Shown piece after piece: positions 10,601 to 20,226 of a DNA stretch of 64,000 nucleotides. Every line of letters starts with the position of its first letter. The first letter of the stretch is position 1. The position numbers and the translations under genes are program-made. Source of the stretch: Macrostomum lignano (Eukaryota). A model generated the notes under the pieces. It was not told the DNA's origin. It worked only from the letters and a program-made list of their open reading frames with translations, and ran no database searches. The DNA lies in assembly GCA_002269645.1 (NCBI GenBank), contig NIVC01000184.1:434001-498000 (forward strand). The letters run 5' to 3'.

Positions 10601-12486
10601 CGAAAGAGGCTGTACTTTATCTTAAGGCTTCATCAGGATTGACCAGATCCTTCAGCCCCACCTCCATTAAGTCTCTGAACCTTCTCCATATCCTTGTCAA
10701 CTTCGTTCGGACTTAGGAGCTTGGCTGCGGATTTCCACCATGTCCTCAAGCTTGTTACCATTGGGAACAGGAATTACCTGTGTTCCTTCAGAAGATTTCT
10801 CAACTGAAGTGGTACTTGAGGCTGTTGTTGACGGAGTTCCCGCAATTCGAAGGTGTCGCCTATCATTAAGCACTTGTTTAATGTTGGTTATAATGTTTTT
10901 GTATTGATCTCCATAAAGAAATTTCAATGCAAATTCTCCTGGTATAAGGGTGATTCCATTGTCTAGTAAAATATTCTTAGGTTCCTTTGTAGTTTTATTG
11001 ATGCATACATAATACAACTGGTAGGTGGGATAAGAATTTGTATAGTCTAATAGTTTCTGATAATTCCTTTCACGACTTGATGAATTGTCCGTGTTATCAG
11101 AAGATTTAAGCTCTAATGCAATCTTTCGGTCAACGTGAACCAGGTCTATCTTTTTTACCTTCTCGAATCCAAAATAATTTTCTGCTAATATTTCATATAG
11201 TCTGCCTAGTCTCATTTGAATAACTTTAATCTTGTGTGAAATCTTTAACTCTTCTTGGAAAAGATCATGAAGAATTTGATCATGCCCAACCTTATCATCA
11301 ACTGGTTCAGTATAGAATTTTTCGAACTGTTTGCTCCATTTTTAGTTTAGAAAATTTAACAAGTGCTTATTCTATGACTAACAAGGACATTGACTTCCTC
11401 ACTCAGGCCACAACGTAACCTGCGAAAGAATACCCAGGAATATGAAATTCGCCAGGATGTTTTCCAGTGAAGAAGATGGGGGGGTAGTTTTGTTATAGCT
11501 GACTGAATATCTAATGCAGAACCTAGAAATAATGGTTTACTGAAGGCCATTTTATGTATTTAAAATTTACTATCGTTAAATTAGATGACACTTTCATATT
11601 GTATATACCTGAAATTGCATTGAACTGACCCGTGAATTTAACTTTTCTCATGGTTTTAGAGCTGGAATCGTGAAAATTGCACCTTTTCAAAATATTTGAA
11701 AAACACAAAAATCGCTGTTTTCAGACCATTTTCACCTGTTTTTAGTCATTTTTCACTTATTTTTGTGATTTTAAAAATGAGTGAGGGCATGAGGGCGAGG
11801 GCGCCCTCCTTTTTTAAAAGTATAAAAATTCTGAAAAATCTGTGTTCTGCGAAATATTCCACATGCCAATACCCACACATGCCCTCGCCCTTAAGCACCC
11901 TCACACAATATATAAATATATATATATATATTTTTACATATTTATATACTCATCACACCACCTTGCAACTCTGACCTCCTGGTAGTAGTAGTGTGATATA
12001 AGGGGCGAGTCATCCAGCGAGCTGGCGCGCACTGCGCCCGAGCAATAAGTGTGGCTCAGACCTTTATATCACACTACTACTTCAATTCTTTATAAATTGT
12101 TCTATAAACGTCTACTGCTTATGCTCAGGTATTTTAACGTCATTTTTTATATTTCATTCGATGTTCAGTTAACAGGCCGTAAGGTGCAATTTAGAGCGGT
12201 GCTTCACAGCGAATTCCTTTCGGCTAACAACGCCAACTGCGGAATATTTCTCACTCTGCTGTGCCGTCTGTTGCCATGGCAACAGCAGTCCGCCTCGGCA
12301 ACCGCAAAGCAACCTCCAGCGTTGCATCAGAACTTTGCTTGGCTTCCGTGTCCTCAGCTAGCTGACCCGCTGGTTTTGCCGGACGAGTTTGAGCAGACTC
12401 TGTCGAACTCTGCCAAACTGAACGAACATTGCAGCCACCTGTGCCTGCTAGGAGCCTGCAGTCATTCTGATTTTCGGCTCAATTGA
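1621..12486 (+). CDS. NUDT18: Nudix hydrolase 18-like (8-oxo-dGDP phosphatase); exons 1621-1787, 2493-2627, 3532-3590, 3706-3723, 3814-4093, 12169-12486; first exon(s) upstream of the window
   Basis: Spliced exons read IQEAKPSARGLWYLPAGRLELNESLE|DAVKREFLEEVGLQFEP (Nudix box) ...WIRVNFLG...GGKLK|NKPDEESLCAKW...GARIELRSADIIPLL...|LTGRKVQFRAVLHSEF...CGIFLTLLC. All junction phases are consistent; matches NUDT18 signatures from memory. Confidence 0.88.
4228..4804 (+). repeat. Left terminal inverted repeat of the Polinton-like element
   Basis: Reverse complement of 11471-12081 with a few substitutions and indels; the mirrored spurious ORFs 4314..4580 (-) and 11696..11974 (+) share the same N-terminal sequence. 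Confidence 0.95.
5085..5340 (+). repeat. Two-copy ~133 bp direct repeat inside the Polinton, next to the left TIR
   Basis: CCATATTGTTGC...GTGTGTAGCGCGAATAGAA...GTCTGCGACCCTTCGGGGC...GAGTGAAGTTTGCCTACT occurs twice. Confidence 0.85.
5817..8318 (+). pseudogene. Fragmented primase (prim-pol) - PriCT-2 - D5-like SF3 helicase
   Basis: Pieces read TIIDIDN...VQTNKSHHFYF (prim-pol); YYFWYKVALILRD...FTDWS...CKKVWNS...LTIGTLKKWA (PriCT-2); DDGVYDLITGEFR*YRYDDYVTKSVGYNY (D5_N); FDGAGGNGKG (Walker A), KRLVISQE, IKLLTGG. Broken by frameshifts and stops. Confidence 0.85.
8296..8610 (-). pseudogene. C-terminal remnant of a Polinton-type family B DNA polymerase
   Basis: FLRSKEYAF...KIKGV...FETFKNILL...MSHLDDKRYYL resembles the pPolB C-terminus (LRSKxY, KGV, DDKR). 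No exonuclease or palm motifs seen. Confidence 0.7.
8617..8961 (-). CDS. Polinton small basic/amphipathic putative virion-core protein
   Basis: A basic N-terminus is followed by EGGIIPLLGLLTAILGGIGAASGVG, resembling the GG-F/I-xP hydrophobic motif of Polinton/adintovirus core proteins. Assignment is inference. Confidence 0.5.
   Translation of the reverse strand: MSEKNTEARLNRYVREGKPRYVTVNKQKRYLSKEKIRKLQDKQKEHEGGIIPLLGLLTAILGGIGAASGVGTMIAKVLIQLTMLQILELIFALILEQTKNVIKVTSEYQMTRVE
8970..9470 (-). CDS. Polinton hypothetical protein (putative core protein)
   Basis: 166-aa open frame with GEGIGDMISG and a C-terminal GNGL, GxG-type motifs common in Polinton core proteins, plus a charged helical segment. 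Confidence 0.45.
   Translation of the reverse strand: MRMRMEKKLLDHFTNPSFYQQIFQLKTSAYRTNCKRAKGQIETSDSQLLVNKEGEGIGDMISGVTNFLSNHGSKIVSGADAIGKTATASKNIFDAKKIYSDMSKAGEELEYIFKKRREKEAKKRMEEEQQIASQSNKAIQDIVKKALGSAEQSQVSLRQGNGLKKF
9346..10690 (-). pseudogene. Parvovirus-type PLA2 domain in frame with a retroviral-like integrase (frameshifted)
   Basis: PGTNLDKRLNP...PINPID / YYHDKSY...KAKVRFGLG (PLA2X-like) is followed without a stop by LHRENRKPRLFRKM...TIWHADI...ALTIIDDFTRYAWAVPLKTK...LCVDEGKEFYN, then after a frameshift MIERFNRTL...YNNTIHS...FKVGDKV, then after another VFTIKK...PITYIIEDENGEEIIGSFY. Confidence 0.88.
10697..11339 (-). CDS. PD-(D/E)xK restriction-endonuclease-like protein (5' frameshift near 11315)
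   Basis: IQMRLGRLYEIL...KIDLVHVDRKIALELKSSDNTDNSSSRERNYQKL carries a D...ExK catalytic pattern and an NTxNSSS motif reminiscent of type II REase-like proteins. The frame extends upstream (YTEPVDDKVGHDQILHDLFQEELKISHKIKVIQ). Confidence 0.55.
11471..12081 (-). repeat. Right terminal inverted repeat of the Polinton-like element
   Basis: Inverted copy of 4228-4804 ending CACTACTACT, followed by TCAATT. Confidence 0.95.
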
Positions 12487-13116
12487 TGTTCTTTACTAAA
12501 GGGAAAATACTGTTCTCTCATTGGTCGAGGAAAGAAAGGGTTTGAAGCTCCCTGATTGGTCAGGTTGTAGAATTTTTTGGAGTTATTTGATTGGTTAGAG
12601 GAAGAAAAGAAAAGAAGGCTTCCGGGTAATCTGATTGGCCATTGATGGTACATGTAACTTTTATTAGAAAAAAACGGGCGTTTTTTTATTTAAAAATCGA
12701 CCAATTTTCTGACAGCTTTGAAACAATTCAGTTTAAAGTGCTACATGTATTTCGCTTGTTCGATTTTTTTCTGATGCTTATTGCAACAATCGGTTTATTT
12801 TCCTACCAAAATTAAATTCTTTCTAACTAAAAAATTTAATATTTATCAAATCATTTCTTCCCAGTTATTCTGCGTTACAGCAAATTTTTATCGCATGCAC
12901 CGTGTACACTTGTCTGAATATTAAATATGAATAATATATTTTCACAGTGACCGGTTCGTGTGTTTCAAATTCCGGAATTTTCATTTGGCTTTCAACTTGA
13001 AGAAAACAATTACTTTTACAAAATTCAGTAAAACAAAAAAGGTTAGAGTTTGGTTTAGGGACACAGCAGCGTCTGACTCTCGCGCCACTCATAAAATTGG
13101 CTCCCGCCGAGGTCTG

Positions 13117-13302
13117 CCCGCGGGGTTTTTCCTGTCGGAATTCCAAGTCAAATCCAATTGGATTTGAAATCTAATCTAGTCTAGTTTTTAATCTACTCCA
13201 GTTTATGTCTAGTCTAGCCTAGTCTATTCTAGTTCTAGTCTAGTCCAGCATTGTCTATAGACTGGATTTGACTTGAAATTCCTACCGGAAAACCCCTGCG
13301 GG
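13117..13302. mobile_element. Small MITE with CCC termini (possibly CMC/EnSpm-derived)
   Basis: CCCGCGGGGTTTTTCCTGTCGGAATTCCAAGTCAAATCCA is inverted as TGGATTTGACTTGAAATTCCTACCGGAAAACCCCTGCGGG; flanked by TG on both sides (possible 2-bp TSD). Confidence 0.6.
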
Positions 13303-13679
13303 TGCTCGCAAGTGAGAGCTTATTAATTTTTATTTAAGCCTCAAAGAGTAACTTCTTGCTTAGTTTAACGAAAGGTTGATATATAATCTTTCGCATTCGA
13401 GATGCTTCCCTTGTTAAATTTTCATTTGGATGGTAACACATTCAAAGTAGGATATGGGAACTTCAGTATCAGTTCAGGACTATAAGCTGATGAAATCTAT
13501 AATCTAGAAACGTTTTGACTACTTGACTTTGAATTTCACAGAAACTCTAAGTGGATTCGTGTGCTACTCGTGTAAAAAGAAGTGTGTGGCATACCGGTAT
13601 GAAGATTTTGTATCATTTTTTAATATTTGTTTTCTGGTTTTCACCGCTGAGCTACGAACTCTCTAGATCAGGAAAATAC

Positions 13680-15463
13680 TAGGCATTCCAATCCCGGGAT
13701 TTAGCCTCAAAACACGGGATTTCAATCCCGGGATTTTTTGGGACTTGAAATTTCGGGATTTATGATCCTCGGGATTACAACAGTGCGGGATTGGGATCCC
13801 GGGATTTAGCCTCAAAACACGGGATTTCAATCCCGGGATTTTTTGGGACTTGAAATTTCGGGATTTATGATCCTCTGGATTACAACAGTGCGGGATTGGG
13901 ATCCCGGGATTTAGCCTCAAAACACGGGATTTCAATCCCGGGATTTTTTGGGACTTGAAATTTCGGGATTTATGATCCTCGGGATTACAACAGTGCGGGA
14001 TTGGGATCCCGGGATTTAGCCTCAAAACATGGGATTTCAATCCTGGAATTTTTTGGGACTTGAAATTTCGGGATTTATGATCCTCTGGATTACAACAGTG
14101 CGGGATTGGGATCCCGGGATTTAGCCTCAAAACACGGGATTTCAATCCCGGGATTTTTTGGGACTTGAAATTTCGGGATTTATGATCCTCTGGATTACAA
14201 CAGTGCGGGATTGGGATCCCGGGATTTAGCCTCAAAACACGGGATTTCAATCCCGGGATTTTTTGGGACTTGAAATTTCGGGATTTATGATCCTCTGGAT
14301 TACAACAGTGCGGGATTGGGATCCCGGGATTGTAAGGCTTAAATCCCGGGATTGTTTTGGGATTCAAACTGATTTTAATTCTCTTTTTTCAACTAAAGTA
14401 TTCATGTAAAATATGAAAAAAAAGATTCTACTTTAAAAATTATGTCGTAGAGGATACTTCTGTCTATTCAAATCCCACTGCTGTTACCAAGTTGTCGTAG
14501 GTGTACTTAAATTATTCCTTGAATTATCCTACTGATGCCACCTAGTTGTGGTAAATTTATAATATCTATCACTCTAGTGTACGACTTCAGTCATTTATTA
14601 TTCCTAGGAAAACACTAAGTCCAGAATCTTAGTCTAAGGACTCCTTGAAATTATGCAAGTAGTCCTGGTAGCAGTGTCGAGCGGCAAACACTGATCTAAT
14701 GCATTAATTTCTACTCCTAATTTCCAGTCATAGAGCGGCTACCCTGGGAAGGAGTTGCCCAACTAAGCGACCGTTGGTTTGCTTCTTTCTTACTGGCTTC
14801 TCACAGCTTATTCTTCTGGCTTCTTATAGCCCTTCCTTCTGGCTTCTTACAGCTTCTCTCTCCTTTCTGCTTTCCAAGTGAACCGAGCCAACACGATTTG
14901 CTTTCTTAACCGAATCGGAGAATCGGCGGGCGGAGAAAAAGTTGCCCGAAAACGCTTGTATTTATAGGTTCTACTAGGGGAGGATGGGTGCGCGGGTTTG
15001 TGAATAACAAATTTCTTTTATCAATTTAAACAAATAATTTCCCTAAATATAAAATCATTCGTTAAAACAAACACATCATTTAAACAAAAATTCGTAGTTA
15101 AGCAAATTATTTGGCGTAGGTTTAAAATAGAATATACGTTTAAACTCAATTATGAAATAATACAACTACAGCCTGCATTTCTGTATCGAAATCACACATA
15201 AAAGCAGCAAAATTTGTTAGATCAGTTTGTTAAGCAGAAATTTAATTTTTTTTTCGTTTTCGTAAGGTGTAATTTAATTTCACATGTTCGTCAGTTGCGT
15301 GATGTCTAACACTGTAACGTGGCATTAAACATGACATTCACTTTGATAATTTACATTGATACTGCATAGCTAGCTATATTAGTGATCCCGGGATTTTAAA
15401 CCATCGGGATTTCAGGATTTCTCAATCCCGGGATTGTAAATTGTCGGGATTTTGGAATCCCTA
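13680..15463. mobile_element. Non-autonomous hAT-like element
   Basis: Ends TAGGCATTCCAA / TTGGAATCCCTA, 8-bp direct repeat GAAAATAC at 13672-13679 and 15464-15471, and many ATCCCGGGAT subterminal motifs. Confidence 0.85.
13692..14335. repeat. 105-bp tandem repeat, about 6 copies, inside the hAT element
   Basis: The 35-aa periodicity of ORF 13663..14367 and unit spacing 13801 to 14221 = 4 x 105. Confidence 0.95.
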
Positions 15464-15515
15464 GAAAATACTTTCAAAGTTAGATACTGCAAATTTCACG
15501 AACGTTGCTTGATTA

Positions 15516-18500
15516 TCATCTCAGAGCGGGCAGCAGGTAGTTGCAGGCGAGGCGCACCCAGCCGGGCATGCCGTCGCCGCTGCGGCAGCCGATGCGGTTC
15601 AAAGTAACGGCGAATGACGGCGCGCCCAGCCAGAGGGCGCGGATCGGCGCCAGCAGCGCGTGCGACACGGCGTGCGGCAGGCAGTCGATGTAGCAGGAGG
15701 CGAGAACGCCGTCAATAGCGATGCAGCCGGTCAGGGTGAACGGAGCCAGCAGGCCTTGGCGAGTGACGCCTCGCTGAACTTCGACCACCGTCTCGAGCCG
15801 CGGCTGTCGTCCAGCTTCGTCCAGCAGTTGCACGGCGAGTCCCGGCCGGATGTCGCGCGCAGGCACGGCGGACAGACGGGTCGCCCGACCGTCGGGCTGA
15901 GCCGAGGTGAACAGCAGATGGCCGGAGCTGAGCGTCAGCTGGGCGCTCGTGGTCGACACCGTCACAAAGTCGGACGACCAAGCAGTCTCGTCACGGTGGC
16001 CCCACATGAAGACGGGCGAAAAGGCGGGCCGGCCGTCCTGCAGGCTGAGTACTGGCTGCCCCGCAGAGAGCTCGGAGAGGCGGACCCGGCCGTGCGGAGT
16101 CATCACCGTCGCGTCCAAGGGGAAGCACTTTCCTCTGCTGAGAACGGTAAGTTCAAGTTTTTTTAATTTATCACATTTTCCTGCGACAGACTACTTTTCA
16201 GTAGCAATATTGATGTAAAGAGTGCGCCTGTCGTGTTAATTGTGGCCAGCAAAAACCCCTCCGCGGAGGAAACCTTCCTATGGGGAAACTTCCTGCGAGG
16301 TTACTTCCTGCGAGGTTACTTCCTGCGAGGTTACTTCCTGCGGGGTAATTTCCTGCGGGGAAACCATTTGCGATTTACTTCCTGGGAGGAAACTTCCTGC
16401 GAGGTTACTTCCTGCGAGGAAACTTCCTGCGAGGTTACTTCCTGGGAGGAAACTTCCTGCGAGGTTACTTCCTGGGAGGAAACTTCCTGCGAGGTTACTT
16501 CCTGCGAGGTTACTTCCTGCAGGGAAACTTTCTGCGGGGAAACTTCCTGCGGGGAAACTTCCTGCGGGGAAACTTCCTGCGGGGAAACTTGTTAGTGGCT
16601 CGCACTGACATATCGGTATAAGACATACATGTATTAAAGGAAACAATAAGAAATCTCCATCGATTTACTCTATCATTACCGACCCAATCTGAGCAGCCAT
16701 TTCGTTAGCAACTCTGTCCATCTCTGTACTCATTGCCGCATCGCGTCTCGTTCGAAACTCTTCTCGAACTCGATCGCGCTCTCGCTCCTGCAAGTTGCGC
16801 AACCGCTCGTCCTCTTGCCGATTCAACTCCTTCGTGGCTTTCTGCAGCTCCAATTGCGCAAATACGAAATATTCGTTGGTGTAAGTCGCTCGGAAACTGG
16901 AAGACTCAGCTTCGGAATTGATTCTAGCCAAGTGATCGACACTGCACACCAGGTTGTAGACTTGCTCGGCCTGCGTTGCTGCACTGCGATTGCGGCTGTT
17001 GTCCAGCATGGTGATTCTGTTACCGCATCTCGTTATTAAGGAATCCAGCGCGCTGAGCTGTCGACGAGCGTTCTGCACCTCCTGGTAGAAGCGCAAGTCG
17101 CTGTTATCGAACGCATCGCCGTGTGTGTATGCGATAATTGCGTACCTGTGAATAGAAATCGATTAAGACACTTTTCAAAGACCGATAGGGGGTGTAACAG
17201 GACGTAAAACTTGAAGTTGTTTCACGAGAACAATGCACAAGGCTGGCAGTGTTTCCCTGGACTCGAAGACATCTCACCAAGCTGGTAGTGTTCCCCTGGA
17301 CTCGGAGACATGTCACCAAGCTGGTAGTGTTCCCCTGGACTCGGAGACGTGTCACCAAGCTGGTAGTGTTCCATTGGACACGGAGACATCTCACCAAGCT
17401 GGTAGTGTTCCCCTGGACTCGGAAACATCTCACTAAGCTGGTAGTGTTCCCCTGGACTCGGAGACATCTCACCAAGCTGGTAGTGTTCCCCTGGACTCGG
17501 AGACATGTCACTAAGCTGGTAGTGTTCCCCTGAACTCGGAGACGTGTCACCAAGCTGGTAGTGTTCCATTGGACACGGAGACATCTCACCAAGCTGGTAG
17601 TGTTCCCCTGGACTCGGAGACGTGTCACCAAGCTGGTAGTGTTCCATTGGACACGGAGACATCTCACCAAGCTGGTAGTGTTCCCCTGGACTCGGAGACG
17701 TGTCACCAAGCTGGTAGTGTTCCATTGGACACGGAGACATCTCACCAAGCTGGTAGTGTTCCCCTGGACTCGGAAACATCTCACTAAGCTGGTAGTGTTT
17801 CCCTGGACTCGGAGACATCTCACCAAGCTGGTAGTGTTCCCCTGGACTCGGAGACATGTCACTAAGCTGGTAGTGTTCCTCTGGACTCGGAGACATGTCA
17901 CCAAGCTTTTAATGTTCCCCTGGACTCAGAAAAATCTCATCAAGCTGGTAGTGTTCCCCTGGACTCGGAAACATCTCACTAAGCTGGTAGTGTTCCCCTG
18001 GACTCGGAAACATCTCACTAAGCTGGTAGTGTTCCCCTGGACTCGGAAACATCTCACTAAGCTGGTAGTGTTCCCCTGGACTCGGAAACATCTCACTAAG
18101 CTGGTAGTGTTTCACTGGACTCAGAAACATCTCTCGCACTGCCTATCCTCGGCGTGAAAATTTGGATGTGTTACATTTCCGCTTTAGCCCAACTCTGTGA
18201 CATTCGTGTGTAAAATTTGACTAAGCCCACAACAGTTGGCACTGGCTCACAATGACTCACTTATAGAACATCTCTCCAAACAGCTCCTCAAGCTTCTCCA
18301 CAGCTTTCCGCTCTTCGTCAGTGAACTTCACGTCCAACCGCAGTGTGATCACAAATGCGTGAACTCCGCCTTCGGCAAACATAGCGATGGCGTGACAGAT
18401 TTGTCTGAGGGCAGCTTCCGGGTTGCTGGTGTCCATTGTGCCGGGAGTGTCGACCACGGTTAGGTACCGACCCCTCACTAGTCTGGTCTCCTTTTTGCAG

Positions 18501-18808
18501 ACGCTTGTTTGCGAGACCAGACTGCCCGGCTCGCTGGTTAGGAACGGTCCGGGCGTGCCTAGCAACGCGTTGCCAAGGGAACTTTTGCCGCTGCCGCTTT
18601 TACCTAGGAGCATCATCCTCAGCTCGCCGCCGGGTGGGAAGTTCTGCGTGTTTTTTAGGGAGAAAAGTAAGATCTGTATTGATTGTTTAACCTGTTAGAA
18701 TGTAAGACGTGTATTGATTGTTTCACCTGTTGTAATATAAGCACTGTTTTCACTGAAAATCAGTGCCTTTATAATAATTCCAAAAGTTACCTGAGATCCT
18801 GCGTCCAT
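15516..18808 (-). CDS. GIMAP/AIG1 GTPase - coiled coil - Hint/Hog (Hedgehog-type autoprocessing) fusion; exons 18808-18791, 18643-18261, 17145-16669, 16137-15516 (499 aa)
   Basis: G1 LLGKSGSGKSSLGNALLG, G3 VVDTPG, FTDEE, G4 YTHGD and LITRCGNR mark an AIG1 domain. The Hog domain reads GK|CFPLDATV...FSPVFMWGHRD...LTLSSGHLLF...GLLAPFTLTGCIAIDGVLASCY followed by SRR-like HAVSHALLAPIRALW. GT-AG junctions with matching phases 0/2/2. Confidence 0.8.
16270..16592. repeat. 15-bp tandem repeat (ACTTCCTGCGAGGTT and variants) in the GIMAP-Hog intron 3
   Basis: Direct reading of the sequence. Confidence 0.95.
17235..18135. repeat. 39-bp tandem repeat, about 23 copies, in the GIMAP-Hog intron 2
   Basis: Unit ACCAAGCTGGTAGTGTTCCCCTGGACTCGGAGACATCTC; 13-aa periodicity in the overlapping ORFs. 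Confidence 0.95.
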
Positions 18809-19224
18809 TGCTTGCGAGCCTTTTTTGAGCCAGAAACCAAAAAACGGCAGTTAAAGCTGGAGGACTTTAGTCCCTGTCTCACAGTTTATACCTGTAGAGC
18901 ACCTACTGCTAAACTGTAAATGAAAAGAGTACAACAATAAGGTACTTCTTGAGCACAGAAGAGCCATTCGTCTATTGATGCTACTTTCAATACAAGAGCT
19001 CAGAATTTTTTGAGCACAAAATCTAACCCTGTCCCATTGTCTCATTCTTTCTTTCTGCCCAGAGGTGTACGGGGGTCCTGGGTTGCCTTTTCTTCAGAGA
19101 TAACTACAATGTTGCTGGTGTCTTGGATGGCAATTAGGGCTAACTTGAAGAATTCAAGCATTGCATGCACATTGTTAGTTAGGTCTTGGAAAAAATAATG
19201 CGCAGCAGGGTCTCTGCGGGTATT

Positions 19225-20226
19225 CTGGGCCTCAGGTCATCTGGGCCTCAGGTCCTCTGGGCCTCAGGTCCTCTGGGCCTCAGGTCCTCTGGGCCTCAGG
19301 TCCTCTGGGCCTCAGGTCCTCTGGGCCTCAGGTCCTCTGGGCCTCAGGTCCTCTGGGCCTCAGGTCCTCTGGGCCTCAGGTCCTCTGGGCCTCAGGTCCT
19401 CTGGGCCTCAGGTCCTCTGGGCCTCAGGTCCTCTGGGCCTCAGGTCCTCTGGGCCTCAGGTCCTCTGGGCCTCAGGTCCTCTGGGCCTCAGGTCCTCTGG
19501 GCCTCAGGTCCTCTGGGCCTCAGGTCCTCTGGGCCTCAGGTCCTCTGGGCCTCAGGTCCTCTGGGCCTCAGGTCCTCTGGGCCTCAGGTCCTCTGGGCCT
19601 CAGGTCCTCTGGGCCTCAGGTCCTCTGGGCCTCAGGTCCTCTGGGCCTCAGGTCCTCTGGGCCTCAGGTCCTCTGGGCCTCAGGTCCTCTGGGCCTCAGG
19701 TCCTCTGGGCCTCAGGTCCTCTGGGCCTCAGGTCCTCTGGGCCTCAGGTCCTCTGGGCCTCAGGTCCTCTGGGCCTCAGGTCCTCTGGGCCTCAGGTCCT
19801 CTGGGCCTCAGGTCCTCTGGGCCTCAGGTCCTCTGGGCCTCAGGTCCTCTGGGCCTCAGGTCCTCTGGGCCTCAGGTCCTCTGGGCCTCAGGTCCTCTGG
19901 GCCTCAGGTCCTCTGGGCCTCAGGTCCTCTGGGCCTCAGGTCCTCTGGGCCTCAGGTCCTCTGGGCCTCAGGTCCTCTGGGCCTCAGGTCCTCTGGGCCT
20001 CAGGTCCTCTGGGCCTCAGGTCCTCTGGGCCTCAGGTCCTCTGGGCCTCAGGTCCTCTGGGCCTCAGGTCCTCTGGGCCTCAGGTCCTCTGGGCCTCAGG
20101 TCCTCTGGGCCTCAGGTCCTCTGGGCCTCAGGTCCTCTGGGCCTCAGGTCCTCTGGGCCTCAGGTCCTCTGGGCCTCAGGTCCTCTGGGCCTCAGGTCCT
20201 CTGGGCCTCAGGTCCTCTGGGCCTCA
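19225..20226. repeat. Near-perfect 16-bp tandem repeat (CTGGGCCTCAGGTCCT)n, about 62 copies
   Basis: Direct reading; the 16-aa periodic ORF is a by-product. Confidence 0.98.

Larger units (their letters stand above)
4228..12081. mobile_element. Polinton/Maverick-like element (7,854 bp), decayed, inside a NUDT18 intron
   Basis: Termini AGTAGTAG...CTACTACT, 6-bp direct repeat TCAATT at 4222-4227 and 12082-12087, roughly 580-610 bp TIRs, and internal retroviral-like integrase and pPolB-like fragments. These are established Polinton hallmarks. Confidence 0.93.

Noticed and set aside
15516-16137. Hint domain as a true intein or a hedgehog gene
   Set aside because: Ends in GVLASCY plus an SRR-like tail rather than His-Asn plus an extein; no Hedge domain or signal peptide upstream.
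17235-18135. 39-bp and 25-bp arrays as possible CRISPR
   Set aside because: Head-to-tail units with no unique spacers, no cas genes and a eukaryotic context.
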